Assembly (NCBI GenBank): GCA_031395155.1
Contig: JANNUK010000227.1
Location: 1-52,995, forward strand
DNA from: Chloroflexota bacterium
Lineage (GTDB): Bacteria; Chloroflexota; Limnocylindria; Limnocylindrales; CSP1-4
Length of the DNA stretch: 52,995 nucleotides
Direction: 5' to 3'
This document shows, piece after piece, positions 1 through 10,106 of the stretch; positions within the stretch are counted from its first letter, which is position 1; the number at the start of each line of letters is the position of its first letter. The position numbers and the translations under genes were made by a program. The notes under the pieces were generated by a model. That model saw nothing but the letters and a program-made list of their open reading frames with translations, did not search any database and was not told where the DNA came from.

Positions 1-1425
1 ACGCCGACGGTCGGGCGCGCCTGCCAGGAGTTCAGCCACATCATCCGACGGACGCGTGGGATCTGGATCACGCCGGCCGACGTGGACCGGGTCCCCGAGC
101 TGTTGGCCGCGTCCCCGTTCGATGACGTCCGGCTGATCGTCGTGACCGACAACGAGCGGATCCTCGGACTCGGAGACCTGGGCGCCGGAGGGATGGCCAT
201 CCCCATTGGAAAACTCGCCCTGTACACGGCGGCGTGCGGCATTCATCCGACCCTCACGCTGCCGGTCTCACTCGACGTGGGGACGGACAATCCGGCCCTG
301 TTGCGCGACCCCCTGTACCTCGGGCACCGCGCCCCACGTCTTCGCGGGGGCGCCTACGACGCGCTGGTCGAGGCATTCGTCGTGGCCGTCCAGGATCGCT
401 GGCCGGGCTGCCTCATCCAGTGGGAGGACTTCAAGCAGTACAACGCCCTGCGCATTCGCGACCGCTACAGAGACCGGGTCCCGTCCTTCAACGACGACAT
501 CCAGGGCACCGCCGCCGTGGTCGTCGGTGGGCTGCTCGCTGCGCTGCGCCACCTCGGCACGACGTGGGACGATCAGCGAATCGTCCTGGCCGGGGCCGGG
601 GCGGCAGGGCTCGGCATTGCCGCGCTCATCCGTGCGACGATGATCGCGGACGGCCTCAGCGAGGAGGCGGCTTCGGGCAGGCTGCTGCTCGTCGATTCGT
701 CCGGGCTCATCCACGCCGGGCGCTCGGACCTCGATCCTGCGAAGCGGACGATGGCGTTGCCGTTCGAGGCTCTCGGCGGCCTTGGGCTCGGTCCGGCCCC
801 CCTACCGGGCGACACGGCGCATCCGTCGCGCCGGTCCGACGATCTACCCGGCCTCGAGGCGGTCGTCGCCGCTGTTCGCCCGACCGTGCTCATCGGCACA
901 ACCGGCGCACCGGGCACGTTCTCCGAGCGGGTGATCCGCGCCATGGCCGCCGGGACCGATCGCCCGATCGTGCTGCCGCTGTCCAATCCGACGTCGATCG
1001 CTGAAGCGGTCCCGGCCGACGTCCTGCGCTGGACGGATGGCAGGGCCATCGTCGCGACCGGTTCGCCGTTCGAGCCCGTCACCTACCGTGCGATCCGCCA
1101 CGAGATCGGGCAGGCCAACAACGTGTTCATCTTCCCGGGCGTCGGTCTCGGGGCGATCGTGTCGGAAGCCCGAGTCGTGAGCGACGCGATGTTCGTTGTC
1201 GCCGCCCGCACGCTGGCGTCGATGGTCACCGAGGAGCGACTCGCGGCCGGGGCGATCTATCCGCCGATCGCCGAACTTCGCGCAGTCTCGCGGGCGATCG
1301 CCATCGGGGTCATGGACGAGGCGATCCGCTCGGGCCTCGCCGGCCCTGGGACGGGAGCCGATCCCGCTGCGGAGATCGATGCGGCGATGTGGTGGCCGGC
1401 CTATGTGCCCTATCGGCGAGGCTGA
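1..1425 (+). CDS. NAD(P)-dependent malic enzyme (5' end outside window)
   Basis: Frame 1 is open from base 1 (TPTVGRACQEFSHIIRRTRGIWIT..), so the track start at 82 is internal. Malic-enzyme motifs: VVTDNERILGLGDLG, FNDDIQGTAAVVVGGLLAA, Rossmann GAGAAGLGIA, LPLSNPTS. Confidence 0.9.
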   Translation, partial: TPTVGRACQEFSHIIRRTRGIWITPADVDRVPELLAASPFDDVRLIVVTDNERILGLGDLGAGGMAIPIGKLALYTAACGIHPTLTLPVSLDVGTDNPALLRDPLYLGHRAPRLRGGAYDALVEAFVVAVQDRWPGCLIQWEDFKQYNALRIRDRYRDRVPSFNDDIQGTAAVVVGGLLAALRHLGTTWDDQRIVLAGAGAAGLGIAALIRATMIADGLSEEAASGRLLLVDSSGLIHAGRSDLDPAKRTMALPFEALGGLGLGPAPLPGDTAHPSRRSDDLPGLEAVVAAVRPTVLIGTTGAPGTFSERVIRAMAAGTDRPIVLPLSNPTSIAEAVPADVLRWTDGRAIVATGSPFEPVTYRAIRHEIGQANNVFIFPGVGLGAIVSEARVVSDAMFVVAARTLASMVTEERLAAGAIYPPIAELRAVSRAIAIGVMDEAIRSGLAGPGTGADPAAEIDAAMWWPAYVPYRRG

Positions 1426-1446
1426 CGGCGTCGAGGGAGAACGCCG
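1426..1446 (+). terminator. Weak hairpin after malic enzyme stop (CGGCGT / 9-nt loop / ACGCCG, then CTTCGGTTG)
   Basis: 6-bp inverted repeat 1426-1431 / 1441-1446 read directly, with a poor U-tract. Confidence 0.2.
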
Positions 1447-1544
1447 CTTCGGTTGCGGTCGAGAGATGGACACGGAGGACTGCCCCGAATGCATCGGAGA
1501 CCGAACGCCCGAATCATGACGGGACGATGGCCCGATCTTCTTAC

Positions 1545-1572
1545 TTGACCCGCGTCGGGCGATCGAGAGAAT
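1545..1572 (+). promoter_or_regulatory. Candidate promoter TTGACC - 16 nt - GAGAAT
   Basis: TTGACC at 1545-1550 and GAGAAT at 1567-1572, in the only AT-leaning stretch upstream of the 1571/1601 gene. If used, the ATG at 1571 cannot be the start, and GTG 1601 (preceded by GGAG at 1592-1595) is favoured. Confidence 0.3.
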
Positions 1573-3877
1573 GACGTCCCCCGGCACCTCTGGAGCACCC
1601 GTGACCGCTCGCGCGATATCCTTCGCCCGCCCGATCCTCCATACGGCCGTGCCATTCGCTGTTCCGATCGGTCTGTCGGCATTCCTGCTGTTCAGCGTTC
1701 AGCCCCTGGTGGGTCGGCTCATGCTGCCGGTATTCGGTGGGACGCCGGCGGTCTGGGCCACCTCGCTCTTCTTCTTCCAGGCGGTCCTTCTGGCCGGCTA
1801 TGTCTACGGTCATCTGTCCGTCACCCGATTGGGCCGCTGGGGACCACCGTTGCACCTCGTGCTCGCGGTCGGGGCCCTCTTCAGCCTGCTCGCAGCTCCG
1901 ACCCAGATCGCCGATGCTCGGATCGATGCCATTCCGCCCGGGCTCGATCTGGTCAGGATCCTGTTCATCGTCGTTGGCCTTCCCGCGCTGGTCCTGACCA
2001 CGACGACGCCGCTCGTGTCGGGCTGGTTCGAGGCCGCGCGGCGTCGATCGGACGGCGATCCGTACTGGCTCTATGCGCTGAGCAACGGCGGCTCGCTGCT
2101 GGCCCTGCTCGCCTATCCCCTGCTCATCGAGCCGCGACTGCCGTTGTCGACGCAGCGCGGGTTGTGGGCCCTGGGCTATGCGGCGCTGATCGTTCTGTTG
2201 GTCGGTGCGGCCACCCGGGCACTCCCCGCCATTCGCGAACGAGCAGCCGAACGAGCGACCGCACGGGCGGCCGAATGGGCCAGCGGCGTATCGACGGCCA
2301 CCTCCGCGACGTCCATTGCGTGGCGGCGGCGCGGGCGCTGGCTGCTCCTCGCCGCCGTTCCGTCCGGGCTGCTGTCGGCGGTCACGACGTTCATCGCCAC
2401 GGACCTCGTGTCGGCGCCGCTGCACTGGGTGGCGCCCCTGTCCCTCTACCTGGTCTCGTTCGTCATCGCGTTCTCCCCGCGCGGTGGTCGATGGGTCGGC
2501 CGGGCCGTACTGGCGGCGCCGGCGATGGTCACCCTGCTCTGGGTCCCCTACGGGTCCGCCGGAGGCTGGCCGATCGTCGCCATCCTGGCCATGGAGCTGA
2601 CGGCGTTCGGCATTGTCGCAACGGCCCTGCACGGCCGCCTGGCCGAAGATCGGCCGGATCCGTCGCGGCTCACCGAGTTCTACCTCATTCTCGCCCTCGG
2701 CGGTGCCCTCGCGAGCGCGTTCGTCGCGCTCGTCGCGCCGGCCGTGTTTCCGGGGGTCTGGGAGTATCCGATTCTGCTGGTCGGCGCCCTGGCCGGGCTC
2801 GCGCTCGTCACGACCGCCCCAGTACGACGGCCACGGTCCGGTCCCGGCCTGGACTTCAGCCCATTCGTCATTGGACTGCGGGGCCGCAGCGCACCGTACG
2901 CGGCGGCGTCGCTCGCCTTGATCGCGGCCCTCGTTGGAACGGGATCGATCGCCGCCGAGGCGGGCGCCCGCTGGTTGCTCGTGGGTGGCCTCATCCTCGT
3001 TCTCGGCGCACGACCGTGGTTCCTGGCACTCACGACCGCCTTCGTCCTCGCCCTGGCGACATTCGTCCTGCAGCCGTCGGCGATCTTCCGCGATCGCAGT
3101 TTCTTCGGGGTGACCGAAGTCCTCGTGTCGCGCGACGGCCAACTCACGCTGCTGATGAACGGGACGACCGTGCATGGGTCGCAGTCAACGGATCCGGCGC
3201 GTCACGGGACCCCGCTCAGCTATTACGCGGAGTCCGGGCCGGCCGGCGACCTGTTTGCGATTGCCCGGGACCGCCGCGCCGAGTCGCTCACCGTCGGTGT
3301 GGCCGGTCTGGGCGGCGGAGCCCTGGCATCCTATGTGGACGCAGCCACGACGATGACGTTCTTCGAGATCGACCCGATCGTGATCGCAGTCGCCTCGGAC
3401 GCTCGATACTTCACGTACCTCCGCGACGCCCGGAATCGGCCGACGATCGTGGAGGGCGATGCGCGCCGGTCCCTCGAACGGGAACCAGATGGGCGGTTCG
3501 ACCTGTTGATCATGGATGCCTTTTCCTCGGACTCCGTCCCGGTCCATCTCCTGACGGTCGAGGCGATCACGGACGAGCGACGCACGGTGACCAGCGACGG
3601 GATCCTCGCGTTCCACATCTCGAATCGCTACTACGACCTCGCTCCGGCGATTGCGGCCGGTGTCGGAACGACAGGGTTGACGGTCCTCGAGAAACGCCAC
3701 GATCCGGGCACCGTGCGGGAGCCCGGTGAGCTCCCGTCGCGATGGCTGGCGGCAACCCGGACCGAAGCGACGCTCGACGCCCTGCGTGCCGCCGGCTGGG
3801 CTCCCGTCCGGGCAGCAGACGGCGCGTTCAGCGACGACTACGCCGACTTGCTCGGGTACCTGTACCTGGCCCAATGA
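1571..3877 (+). CDS. Polytopic membrane domain fused to a spermidine-synthase-fold (class I transferase-like) domain
   Basis: The N-terminal ~480 aa are serial hydrophobic helices opening with FLLFSVQPLVGRLMLPVFGGTPAVWATSLFFFQAVLLAGYVYGH. The C-terminal ~250 aa carry GVAGLGGGALASY and DLLIMDAFSSDSVPVHLLT, both spermidine-synthase-like motifs. Alternative start GTG 1601. Confidence 0.7.
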   Translation: MTSPGTSGAPVTARAISFARPILHTAVPFAVPIGLSAFLLFSVQPLVGRLMLPVFGGTPAVWATSLFFFQAVLLAGYVYGHLSVTRLGRWGPPLHLVLAVGALFSLLAAPTQIADARIDAIPPGLDLVRILFIVVGLPALVLTTTTPLVSGWFEAARRRSDGDPYWLYALSNGGSLLALLAYPLLIEPRLPLSTQRGLWALGYAALIVLLVGAATRALPAIRERAAERATARAAEWASGVSTATSATSIAWRRRGRWLLLAAVPSGLLSAVTTFIATDLVSAPLHWVAPLSLYLVSFVIAFSPRGGRWVGRAVLAAPAMVTLLWVPYGSAGGWPIVAILAMELTAFGIVATALHGRLAEDRPDPSRLTEFYLILALGGALASAFVALVAPAVFPGVWEYPILLVGALAGLALVTTAPVRRPRSGPGLDFSPFVIGLRGRSAPYAAASLALIAALVGTGSIAAEAGARWLLVGGLILVLGARPWFLALTTAFVLALATFVLQPSAIFRDRSFFGVTEVLVSRDGQLTLLMNGTTVHGSQSTDPARHGTPLSYYAESGPAGDLFAIARDRRAESLTVGVAGLGGGALASYVDAATTMTFFEIDPIVIAVASDARYFTYLRDARNRPTIVEGDARRSLEREPDGRFDLLIMDAFSSDSVPVHLLTVEAITDERRTVTSDGILAFHISNRYYDLAPAIAAGVGTTGLTVLEKRHDPGTVREPGELPSRWLAATRTEATLDALRAAGWAPVRAADGAFSDDYADLLGYLYLAQ

Positions 3878-4674
3878 TCGACCGCGGCCGCCGACTTCGA
3901 GCCCGGATCGCGCGACCAGTCCTGATCGGGCTGATGATCGTTCTGGCGATCATGATCGTCATCGAGACCATCGCGCTCTACGGCATCATCGGGCGCGAGG
4001 GAACCATCGGTGGTGACCTGGCGTATTACCGCTTCGTGGCGGAGCGCTGGCTCGAGACGGGTGTCTACTACACCCCGAACCAGTTGTCGGGGCCTTTCGT
4101 CGTCCAGGCGCTCGTCCACAACCTGTACCCGCCGCACGCCCTGTACCTCTTCATTCCGTTCGTCTACCTGCCGGACGCACTGTGGTGGGGCGTCCCACTT
4201 GTGATCGTCGGCTCTGTCGTCTGGTGGTGTCGACCCACGCTGCCGGGATGGCTGCTGCTCGTCGTGATCGTGGCCCTCCCCAGGACGCTGGCCCAGATCA
4301 TCGTCGGCAACACCGACATGTGGGTCGCCTGCGTCGTGGCCGGCGCGGTCCGCTGGTCGTGGCCGGGCGTCCTCCTGAGCTTCAAACCGTCGCTCGCCTT
4401 CCTGGCCGCGATCGGGATCCTCTCGAAGTCGTGGTGGATCGCCCTCCTGGCGCTGGGGCTGATCAGCCTGCCCCTGCTGTCGCTGTGGCTCGAGTACCCG
4501 GAGGTCGTGCGCAACTCGAGCGCCCAACTGTCGTACTCCTTTGGCAACCTGCCCTTCTTCCTCCTCCCGATCGCGGCCTGGTTCACGTCATCGAGGAGGG
4601 GCGAGCTGTCGCTGTGGCAGTGGACGCGGCAACTCCTCGGCCGTGACCGGCGCGCGTTGGGTCGCGCGGCATGA
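3874..4674 (+). CDS. Polytopic integral membrane protein, function unknown (possibly GT-C/DUF2029-like)
   Basis: ATG 3874 overlaps the upstream TGA (ATGA). The track ORF upstream of it is an Arg-rich alternate frame of the previous gene. About 7 hydrophobic segments. The loop YPPHALYLFIPFVYLP resembles membrane glycosyltransferase families (unverified). Confidence 0.55.
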   Translation: MIDRGRRLRARIARPVLIGLMIVLAIMIVIETIALYGIIGREGTIGGDLAYYRFVAERWLETGVYYTPNQLSGPFVVQALVHNLYPPHALYLFIPFVYLPDALWWGVPLVIVGSVVWWCRPTLPGWLLLVVIVALPRTLAQIIVGNTDMWVACVVAGAVRWSWPGVLLSFKPSLAFLAAIGILSKSWWIALLALGLISLPLLSLWLEYPEVVRNSSAQLSYSFGNLPFFLLPIAAWFTSSRRGELSLWQWTRQLLGRDRRALGRAA

Positions 4675-5786
4675 GCGACCGCGCCACCGTAAACGCCGCC
4701 GTCCTCGAGCGGCCCGGGTCACCGGTGGCGATCGAACGACTTGTCCTGGCGTCCCCCGGTCCCGGCGAGGTCAGGGTGCGGATGCTGGCATCGGGCGTAT
4801 GTCACTCCGACCTCCACGTCCGCGACGGCGACTGGGACCGACCCGGCCCCATGGTCATGGGCCATGAGGGCGCCGGCCTGGTCGAGGCCGTGGGCCCCGG
4901 AGTGGATTCGCCGCGGGTCGGCGAGACGGTCGCTCTCAGTTGGCTGATCCCGTGCGGTACGTGCCGATCGTGCCGCAGTGGACGGACCTGGGAGTGCCCG
5001 CTCTCACCGTCGTACCAGCACCAGATGCTTGACGGCACGACGCGCTTCCGACGGCCCGGGGGCGATCCGGTCCTCGCCTATTGTGCGATCTCCACGATGG
5101 CAGAGGCGGCCATCGTACCCGCCCTGGCCGCAATTCCCATCGCTCAAGGGCTGGATCCGGCGGCCGCCGCGCTCATCGGGTGCTGCGTTGCCACGGGCGT
5201 CGGCGCCGTGACCAAGACCGCCGCCGTGCCGCCGGGCGCGACGGTCGCGGTCATTGGCCTGGGCGGCGTGGGCCTGTCGTGCGTGATGGGCGCGGTTCTC
5301 GCCGGGGCGAGCCGTGTCGTCGCCGTGGACAGAGTGCCCGCAAAGCTCGATCTTGCCCGACAGCTCGGCGCAACCGATGCTGTTCTCGCAGACGACGACC
5401 CGGCCATCGCGCTTGCGGCCCTCCGCGACGCCACCGATGGTGGCCCCGACTTCGTCTTCGAAGCGATCGGGCTGCAGGCGACCGTCGAGTTGGCGATCGG
5501 CGCCCTGCCCGTGGGCGGAACGGCCGTGCTGGTCGGGATGACACCGTATGGCGTGCGCGCCTCCTTCGAGGTTTTGCCGTTCGTCAACGGCAGCCGGCGG
5601 ATCCTCGGCTCGAACTATGGGTTCGCCGAACCGCCGATCGACTTTCCGAGGTACGCGCAGCTGGCCCTCGACGGCCGCCTTCCCATCGAGCGACTCGTGG
5701 ATCGGCGGATCTCGCTCGGTGACGTCGAGGACGCGTTCGACCGGATGCGCCGCGGGGAGGGTGTTCGCCAGGTCATCGTGTTCTGA
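4671..5786 (+). CDS. Zinc-type alcohol dehydrogenase (MDR family, class III / formaldehyde-DH-like)
   Basis: GVCHSDLHVRDG, GHEGAGLVEAVGPGV, structural-Zn cluster CGTCRSCRSGRTWEC, Rossmann VIGLGGVGLS. The ATGA start overlaps the upstream stop. Confidence 0.85.
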   Translation: MSDRATVNAAVLERPGSPVAIERLVLASPGPGEVRVRMLASGVCHSDLHVRDGDWDRPGPMVMGHEGAGLVEAVGPGVDSPRVGETVALSWLIPCGTCRSCRSGRTWECPLSPSYQHQMLDGTTRFRRPGGDPVLAYCAISTMAEAAIVPALAAIPIAQGLDPAAAALIGCCVATGVGAVTKTAAVPPGATVAVIGLGGVGLSCVMGAVLAGASRVVAVDRVPAKLDLARQLGATDAVLADDDPAIALAALRDATDGGPDFVFEAIGLQATVELAIGALPVGGTAVLVGMTPYGVRASFEVLPFVNGSRRILGSNYGFAEPPIDFPRYAQLALDGRLPIERLVDRRISLGDVEDAFDRMRRGEGVRQVIVF

Positions 5787-5820
5787 CGGCGGCTTCCACC
5801 CTGGTCGTGCGCGGCGGACG

Positions 5821-7122
5821 TCAGCTGGCGCGCGGCGGGATCGACCGTCGGTGCGCGGCCAACTCGGGGAACCGGCGCGCGACGGCGATCACGCCGAGCA
5901 GACACAGCAGGCCCCCGGACAGAACAGACAGCTGCGGACCGACCACAGCGGCGACGGCGGCGGCCTCGATGTCACCGATTCGGGGGCCGCTCGTCACGAC
6001 GACCAGGTGGATCGAGGTCACCCGGCCCCGTAGCGGATCGGGCGTCGCCAGCTGGGTGATCGTCCCCCGGAGTACCGCCGACAGCACGTCCGCCGCGCCG
6101 GCCAGCGCGAGCATGGCGAGGCCCACAAGGAACATGACACCTGGAGCATCGGTCGCCAGGAGGCAGGCGATCCCGAAGCCGGTGATGGCAGCGCCCCACG
6201 CCGCGACCATCACGATCACGGTCCCCCCGATGCGCACGACCCGGGTGATCCAGCCCGAGGTCAGCGCACCGATGAACGCACCGGCGGCCGGCGCCGCGGC
6301 CAGTAGCCCGAACCCGGTGGGGCCGGTATCGAAAACGTCCAGCGCCAGGATCGGGAACAGGGACGCGGGCATGCCGAAAATCATCGCGTTCAGGTCGATG
6401 GCGAAGGTCGAGAGAATGACCCGCTGCGACCGGACAAAGGCGAAGCCCTCCCGGATCGCCTGGAGCCCGGGGCGCGCGGCGCCGGCCAGCGGGCGCAACG
6501 GCCGAATCGCCAGGAGCGCGACGATCGAGGCGGTGAACGAGACGGCGTCGACGACGTAAGCGGCGGCGAGGCCGATCGTCGCAATGAGCAGGCCGCCGAG
6601 CGCCGGACCGGCGATGGATGCCACCTGGAAGTTCAACTGGTTCAGGGCGATGGCCGCCGAGAGTCGTTCGGGCGGCACGAGCCGCGGGATCGCGGAGGCT
6701 CGCGTCGGTTGGTCGATCGCGCCGACCGAGGCATGCATGAACGCCAACGTGAGGATGAGGATGAGCGGCGGCGCGGGGCTCATGGCCACGGCCGCCAGTG
6801 CAAGGCTCGACACGGCCAGTCCCACCTGGGTCACCAGCAGGAGGCGGCGGCGGTCGAAGGCATCCGCCAACGAGCCTGCACCGATCGAGAACGCGAGGAT
6901 GGCGATGAGCTGGACGGTTGTGAGGGCCGCGACGGCGAGGGTAGATCCGGTCAGGACATAGACCTGGAACGGAAGGGCAACCCTCGTGATGTTGGTGCCC
7001 ACCGACGAGACGACCTGGCCGACCCAGATCAGCCGGTAGTCGCGGTCATGCCGAAGCGGGCCGACATCGAGCAGGACTCCGCGGACTCGACCACGTGATC
7101 GCGGAGCGTCGGGCGAGGCCAT
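5821..7122 (-). CDS. MFS transporter (EntS / MFS_3-like exporter)
   Basis: About 12 hydrophobic helices. N-terminal YRLIWVGQVVSSVGTNITRVALPFQVY and the loop DAFDRRRLL are typical of this MFS subgroup. Confidence 0.75.
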   Translation of the reverse strand: MASPDAPRSRGRVRGVLLDVGPLRHDRDYRLIWVGQVVSSVGTNITRVALPFQVYVLTGSTLAVAALTTVQLIAILAFSIGAGSLADAFDRRRLLLVTQVGLAVSSLALAAVAMSPAPPLILILTLAFMHASVGAIDQPTRASAIPRLVPPERLSAAIALNQLNFQVASIAGPALGGLLIATIGLAAAYVVDAVSFTASIVALLAIRPLRPLAGAARPGLQAIREGFAFVRSQRVILSTFAIDLNAMIFGMPASLFPILALDVFDTGPTGFGLLAAAPAAGAFIGALTSGWITRVVRIGGTVIVMVAAWGAAITGFGIACLLATDAPGVMFLVGLAMLALAGAADVLSAVLRGTITQLATPDPLRGRVTSIHLVVVTSGPRIGDIEAAAVAAVVGPQLSVLSGGLLCLLGVIAVARRFPELAAHRRSIPPRAS

Positions 7123-7185
7123 GGTCGCCGGGGGACCTCGGCGCGCCTGGAGGGGCAGGGATTCTGTGCGCGGCCCGGTGGGTGA

Positions 7186-9954
7186 CTACTTGTCGCGTTC
7201 GGCGGCCGCGGTCATGGCGGCCTGGGCGGCGGCCAGCCGCGCGACCGGCACCCGGAACGGCGAGCAGGACACGTAATCGAGCCCGATCTTCTCGCACTTC
7301 GCGATCGACTCCGGGTCCCCGCCGTGCTCACCGCAGATGCCCAACTCGATATCCGGGCGGGTGGCTCGACCCTTGTCCACAGCGATCTTCATGAGGCCCA
7401 CGATGGCGTCGTCGAGCGTCTGGAACGGATTGAATGGCAGGATCCTGTCCTCGACGTACTTGAGGAGGAAGCCGCCTTCGGCGTCATCCCGGCTGTAGCC
7501 GAATGTCATCTGGGTCAGGTCGTTCGTGCCGAAGCTGAAGAAGTCGGCATGGACGGCGATCTCATCCGCGGTCAGGGCGCCGCGCGGGACCTCGATCATC
7601 GTCCCGAAGACGTATTCGACGGTCATGCCCGCCTTCGCCTCGACGGCCTTGGCCTCGGCTTCCAGAATCTCCTTCGTCCGCGCCAGCTCGTTCACGTGGC
7701 CGACGAGCGGGATCATGATCTTGGCCTTGGGGTTGCCGCCGGCCTTCTTGACCGCGATCTGGGCGTTGAGGATGGCCCGGGTCTGGGTCTTGACGAAGTC
7801 CGGGATCATCAGCCCGAGCCGGCAGCCGCGCAGGCCGAGCATCGGATTCTGCTCGTGCATCGACTGGATCGTCGCAAGCAGCTCGCGATCCTCCTGCGAG
7901 GCGGCGTCACCGGCCTTCGTGACCTTGACGAGCTGCTCCTCGAGGTTCGGCAGGAACTCGTGGAGGGGCGGATCGATCAGGCGGACCACCACCGGCAGCC
8001 CGTCCATTGCGCGGAAGATGCCCTCGAAGTCGCCCTGCTGGAGGACTTCGAGCTTGGCCATCGCCGCATCGAAGGTCGAGATCGCCTCGGCCTCGTCCTC
8101 CGACACCGCTGCGCCCGCCGCCTGCTTCGCCTTCGCCCGAGTGGCGACGTTCGCGACGAGAATGGCGCCGCGGACGATCTCAAGCCGATCGCCCTCGCGG
8201 AACATATGCTCGGTCCGGCAGAGACCGATGCCCTGGGCGCCGTAGCTGCGGGCCTGCGCGGCTTCTTCGGGCTTGTCGGCGTTGGTCCACACCTCCATCC
8301 GGCGGATCCCGTCGGCCCAGCCGAGGATCTGCTGGAGCTCGGGCTGGTCCTCGAACCGCGCCTCGACCGTCGGCAGTGCGCCGACGAACACCTCGCCGGT
8401 CGAACCGTCGACGCTGATCGCGTCGCCTTCGGCGAACGTGATCCCGTTCGCGGTAGCCGAGCGCTTCGCGTAGTCCACGACGAGCTCCGCGCAGCCGGCG
8501 ACACACGGCTTGCCGATCTGGCGCGCCACGACCGCAGCGTGCGACGTCGCCCCCCCGCGGGCGGTCAGGATGCCCTGCGCGACGGCCATGCCGTGGAAGT
8601 CGTCGGGCGACGTCTCGATTCGGACGAGGACGACGCGCTCGCCGCGAGCGACCCACTCGACGGCGGTGTCGGCGTCGAAGACGGCCTTTCCGACCGCGGC
8701 ACCGGGCGAGGCGTTGAGACCCTTCGCGATCCGCTTCGCGGCCCGGCGTGCGGCCGGGTCGAACTGGTCGCGGAGGAGCTGGTCCACGTGGGCCGGATCG
8801 ATCCGGGCGACGGCCTCCTCCTTCGAGATCAGGCCCTCGTCGACCATGTCGACGGCGATCCGCACGGCGGCCGCAGCCGTCCGCTTGGCGGATCGGGTCT
8901 GGAGCATGTAGAGCTTGCCACGTTCGATCGTGAACTCGAGATCCTGGACGTCCCGGTGGTGCTTCTCGAGCTGGGCGCCGATCCGCTGGAATTCGGCGTA
9001 GACCTCCGGCATCTCGTGCTGCATCTCGGCGATCTTCGGTGCCGTGCGGATGCCGGCCACGACGTCCTCGCCCTGGGCGTTCGTCAGGTACTCGCCGTAG
9101 AGGACCTTCTCGCCGGTGTTCGGGTCGCGAGTGAACGCCACCCCTGTGCCGGAGTCGTCGCCCATGTTGCCGAACACCATCGTCACGACGTTCACGGCCG
9201 TGCCGAGGTCGTGGGCGATCTTCTGGTTGTCGCGGTAGTCCCGCGCCCGCTTGCCGAACCACGACGCGAAGACGGCCTTCACCGCGAGATCGAGCTGGTC
9301 GTCGGGGTCGGACGGGAACTCGCGACCCGTGTCCTCGCGGACGATCGCCCTGAAGGCCTCGGCGACCTCGCGCAGCGCGGCCGCGTCGAGATCGGTGTCG
9401 TGGGCCGCGCCTCGGACGTGCTTTGCTGCATCGAGCGCTGCGTCGAATCGGTGGCCGTCCACGCCCATGACGATCCGCCCGAACATCTGGATGAACCGCC
9501 GGTACGCATCCCAACCGAAACGCTCGTTGCCGGTCAACGCGACGAGCCCGTGGAGCGTTTCCTCGTTCAGGCCCAGGTTGAGGACGGTGTCCATCATCCC
9601 GGGCATCGAGAACTTCGCCCCGGAGCGGACACTCACGAGGAGCGGGTTGGCGGGATCGCCGAAGCCCTTGCCGGTCTGCCCTTCGACGACCTTCACGGCC
9701 GCGAAGACGTCGTCCCACAGCCCGTCGGGGAGCTTCTCGCCGGCCGCGAAGTAGTCGTTGCAGGCTTCGGTGGTGATCGTGAAACCGGGTGGGACGGGCA
9801 GACCCGCGTTGGTCATCTCCGCAAGGCCGGCGCCCTTGCCGCCGAGCAGATCGCGCATCGACGAGTCGCCTTCGGCCGCTCCCCCACCCCAGGCGTAGAT
9901 GTAGCGCTTGGCGGCCTGCTGGGCGCGCGGTGCGGTCGACGCGGTGTCGGTCAT
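7186..9954 (-). CDS. ppdK: Pyruvate, phosphate dikinase
   Basis: YIYAWGGG..GGKGAGLAEM ATP-grasp N-terminus, phospho-His motif GGATSHAAVVARQIGKPCV, PEP/pyruvate domain FFSFGTNDLTQMTFGYSRDD and GICGEHGGDP. Start refined to ATG 9954 (MTDTAST..), preceded by GAGGAG at 9965-9970. The track's 73 extra residues are Arg/Pro-rich. Confidence 0.93.
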   Translation of the reverse strand: MTDTASTAPRAQQAAKRYIYAWGGGAAEGDSSMRDLLGGKGAGLAEMTNAGLPVPPGFTITTEACNDYFAAGEKLPDGLWDDVFAAVKVVEGQTGKGFGDPANPLLVSVRSGAKFSMPGMMDTVLNLGLNEETLHGLVALTGNERFGWDAYRRFIQMFGRIVMGVDGHRFDAALDAAKHVRGAAHDTDLDAAALREVAEAFRAIVREDTGREFPSDPDDQLDLAVKAVFASWFGKRARDYRDNQKIAHDLGTAVNVVTMVFGNMGDDSGTGVAFTRDPNTGEKVLYGEYLTNAQGEDVVAGIRTAPKIAEMQHEMPEVYAEFQRIGAQLEKHHRDVQDLEFTIERGKLYMLQTRSAKRTAAAAVRIAVDMVDEGLISKEEAVARIDPAHVDQLLRDQFDPAARRAAKRIAKGLNASPGAAVGKAVFDADTAVEWVARGERVVLVRIETSPDDFHGMAVAQGILTARGGATSHAAVVARQIGKPCVAGCAELVVDYAKRSATANGITFAEGDAISVDGSTGEVFVGALPTVEARFEDQPELQQILGWADGIRRMEVWTNADKPEEAAQARSYGAQGIGLCRTEHMFREGDRLEIVRGAILVANVATRAKAKQAAGAAVSEDEAEAISTFDAAMAKLEVLQQGDFEGIFRAMDGLPVVVRLIDPPLHEFLPNLEEQLVKVTKAGDAASQEDRELLATIQSMHEQNPMLGLRGCRLGLMIPDFVKTQTRAILNAQIAVKKAGGNPKAKIMIPLVGHVNELARTKEILEAEAKAVEAKAGMTVEYVFGTMIEVPRGALTADEIAVHADFFSFGTNDLTQMTFGYSRDDAEGGFLLKYVEDRILPFNPFQTLDDAIVGLMKIAVDKGRATRPDIELGICGEHGGDPESIAKCEKIGLDYVSCSPFRVPVARLAAAQAAMTAAAERDK

Positions 9955-10031
9955 GGTCGAAGGGCTCCTCGGGGACGCGGCGTCGATCAGGGGACGTGGC
10001 CGCGGTCGGATGGTCTGGTTCGGTCCGCTGG

Positions 10032-10037
10032 ATTGTA
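10032..10037 (-). promoter_or_regulatory. Candidate -10 box TACAAT for ppdK (about 70-nt leader with SD)
   Basis: attgta on the plus strand at 10032-10037. No convincing -35. Confidence 0.3.
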
Positions 10038-10100
10038 CCCGCGAGCGGGCGCCCGTCTCGGTTTCGACTCCCTTGCGGGGCAGCAGTCGGGAGGGGCCGG

Positions 10101-10106
10101 TACACT
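10101..10106 (+). promoter_or_regulatory. Candidate -10 box TACACT 6 nt before the fpr GTG (leaderless mRNA candidate)
   Basis: TACACT 10101-10106, then cgaccc, then GTG 10113. The nearest SD-like run (GGGAGGGG 10089-10096) is too far upstream to serve this GTG. Confidence 0.35.
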
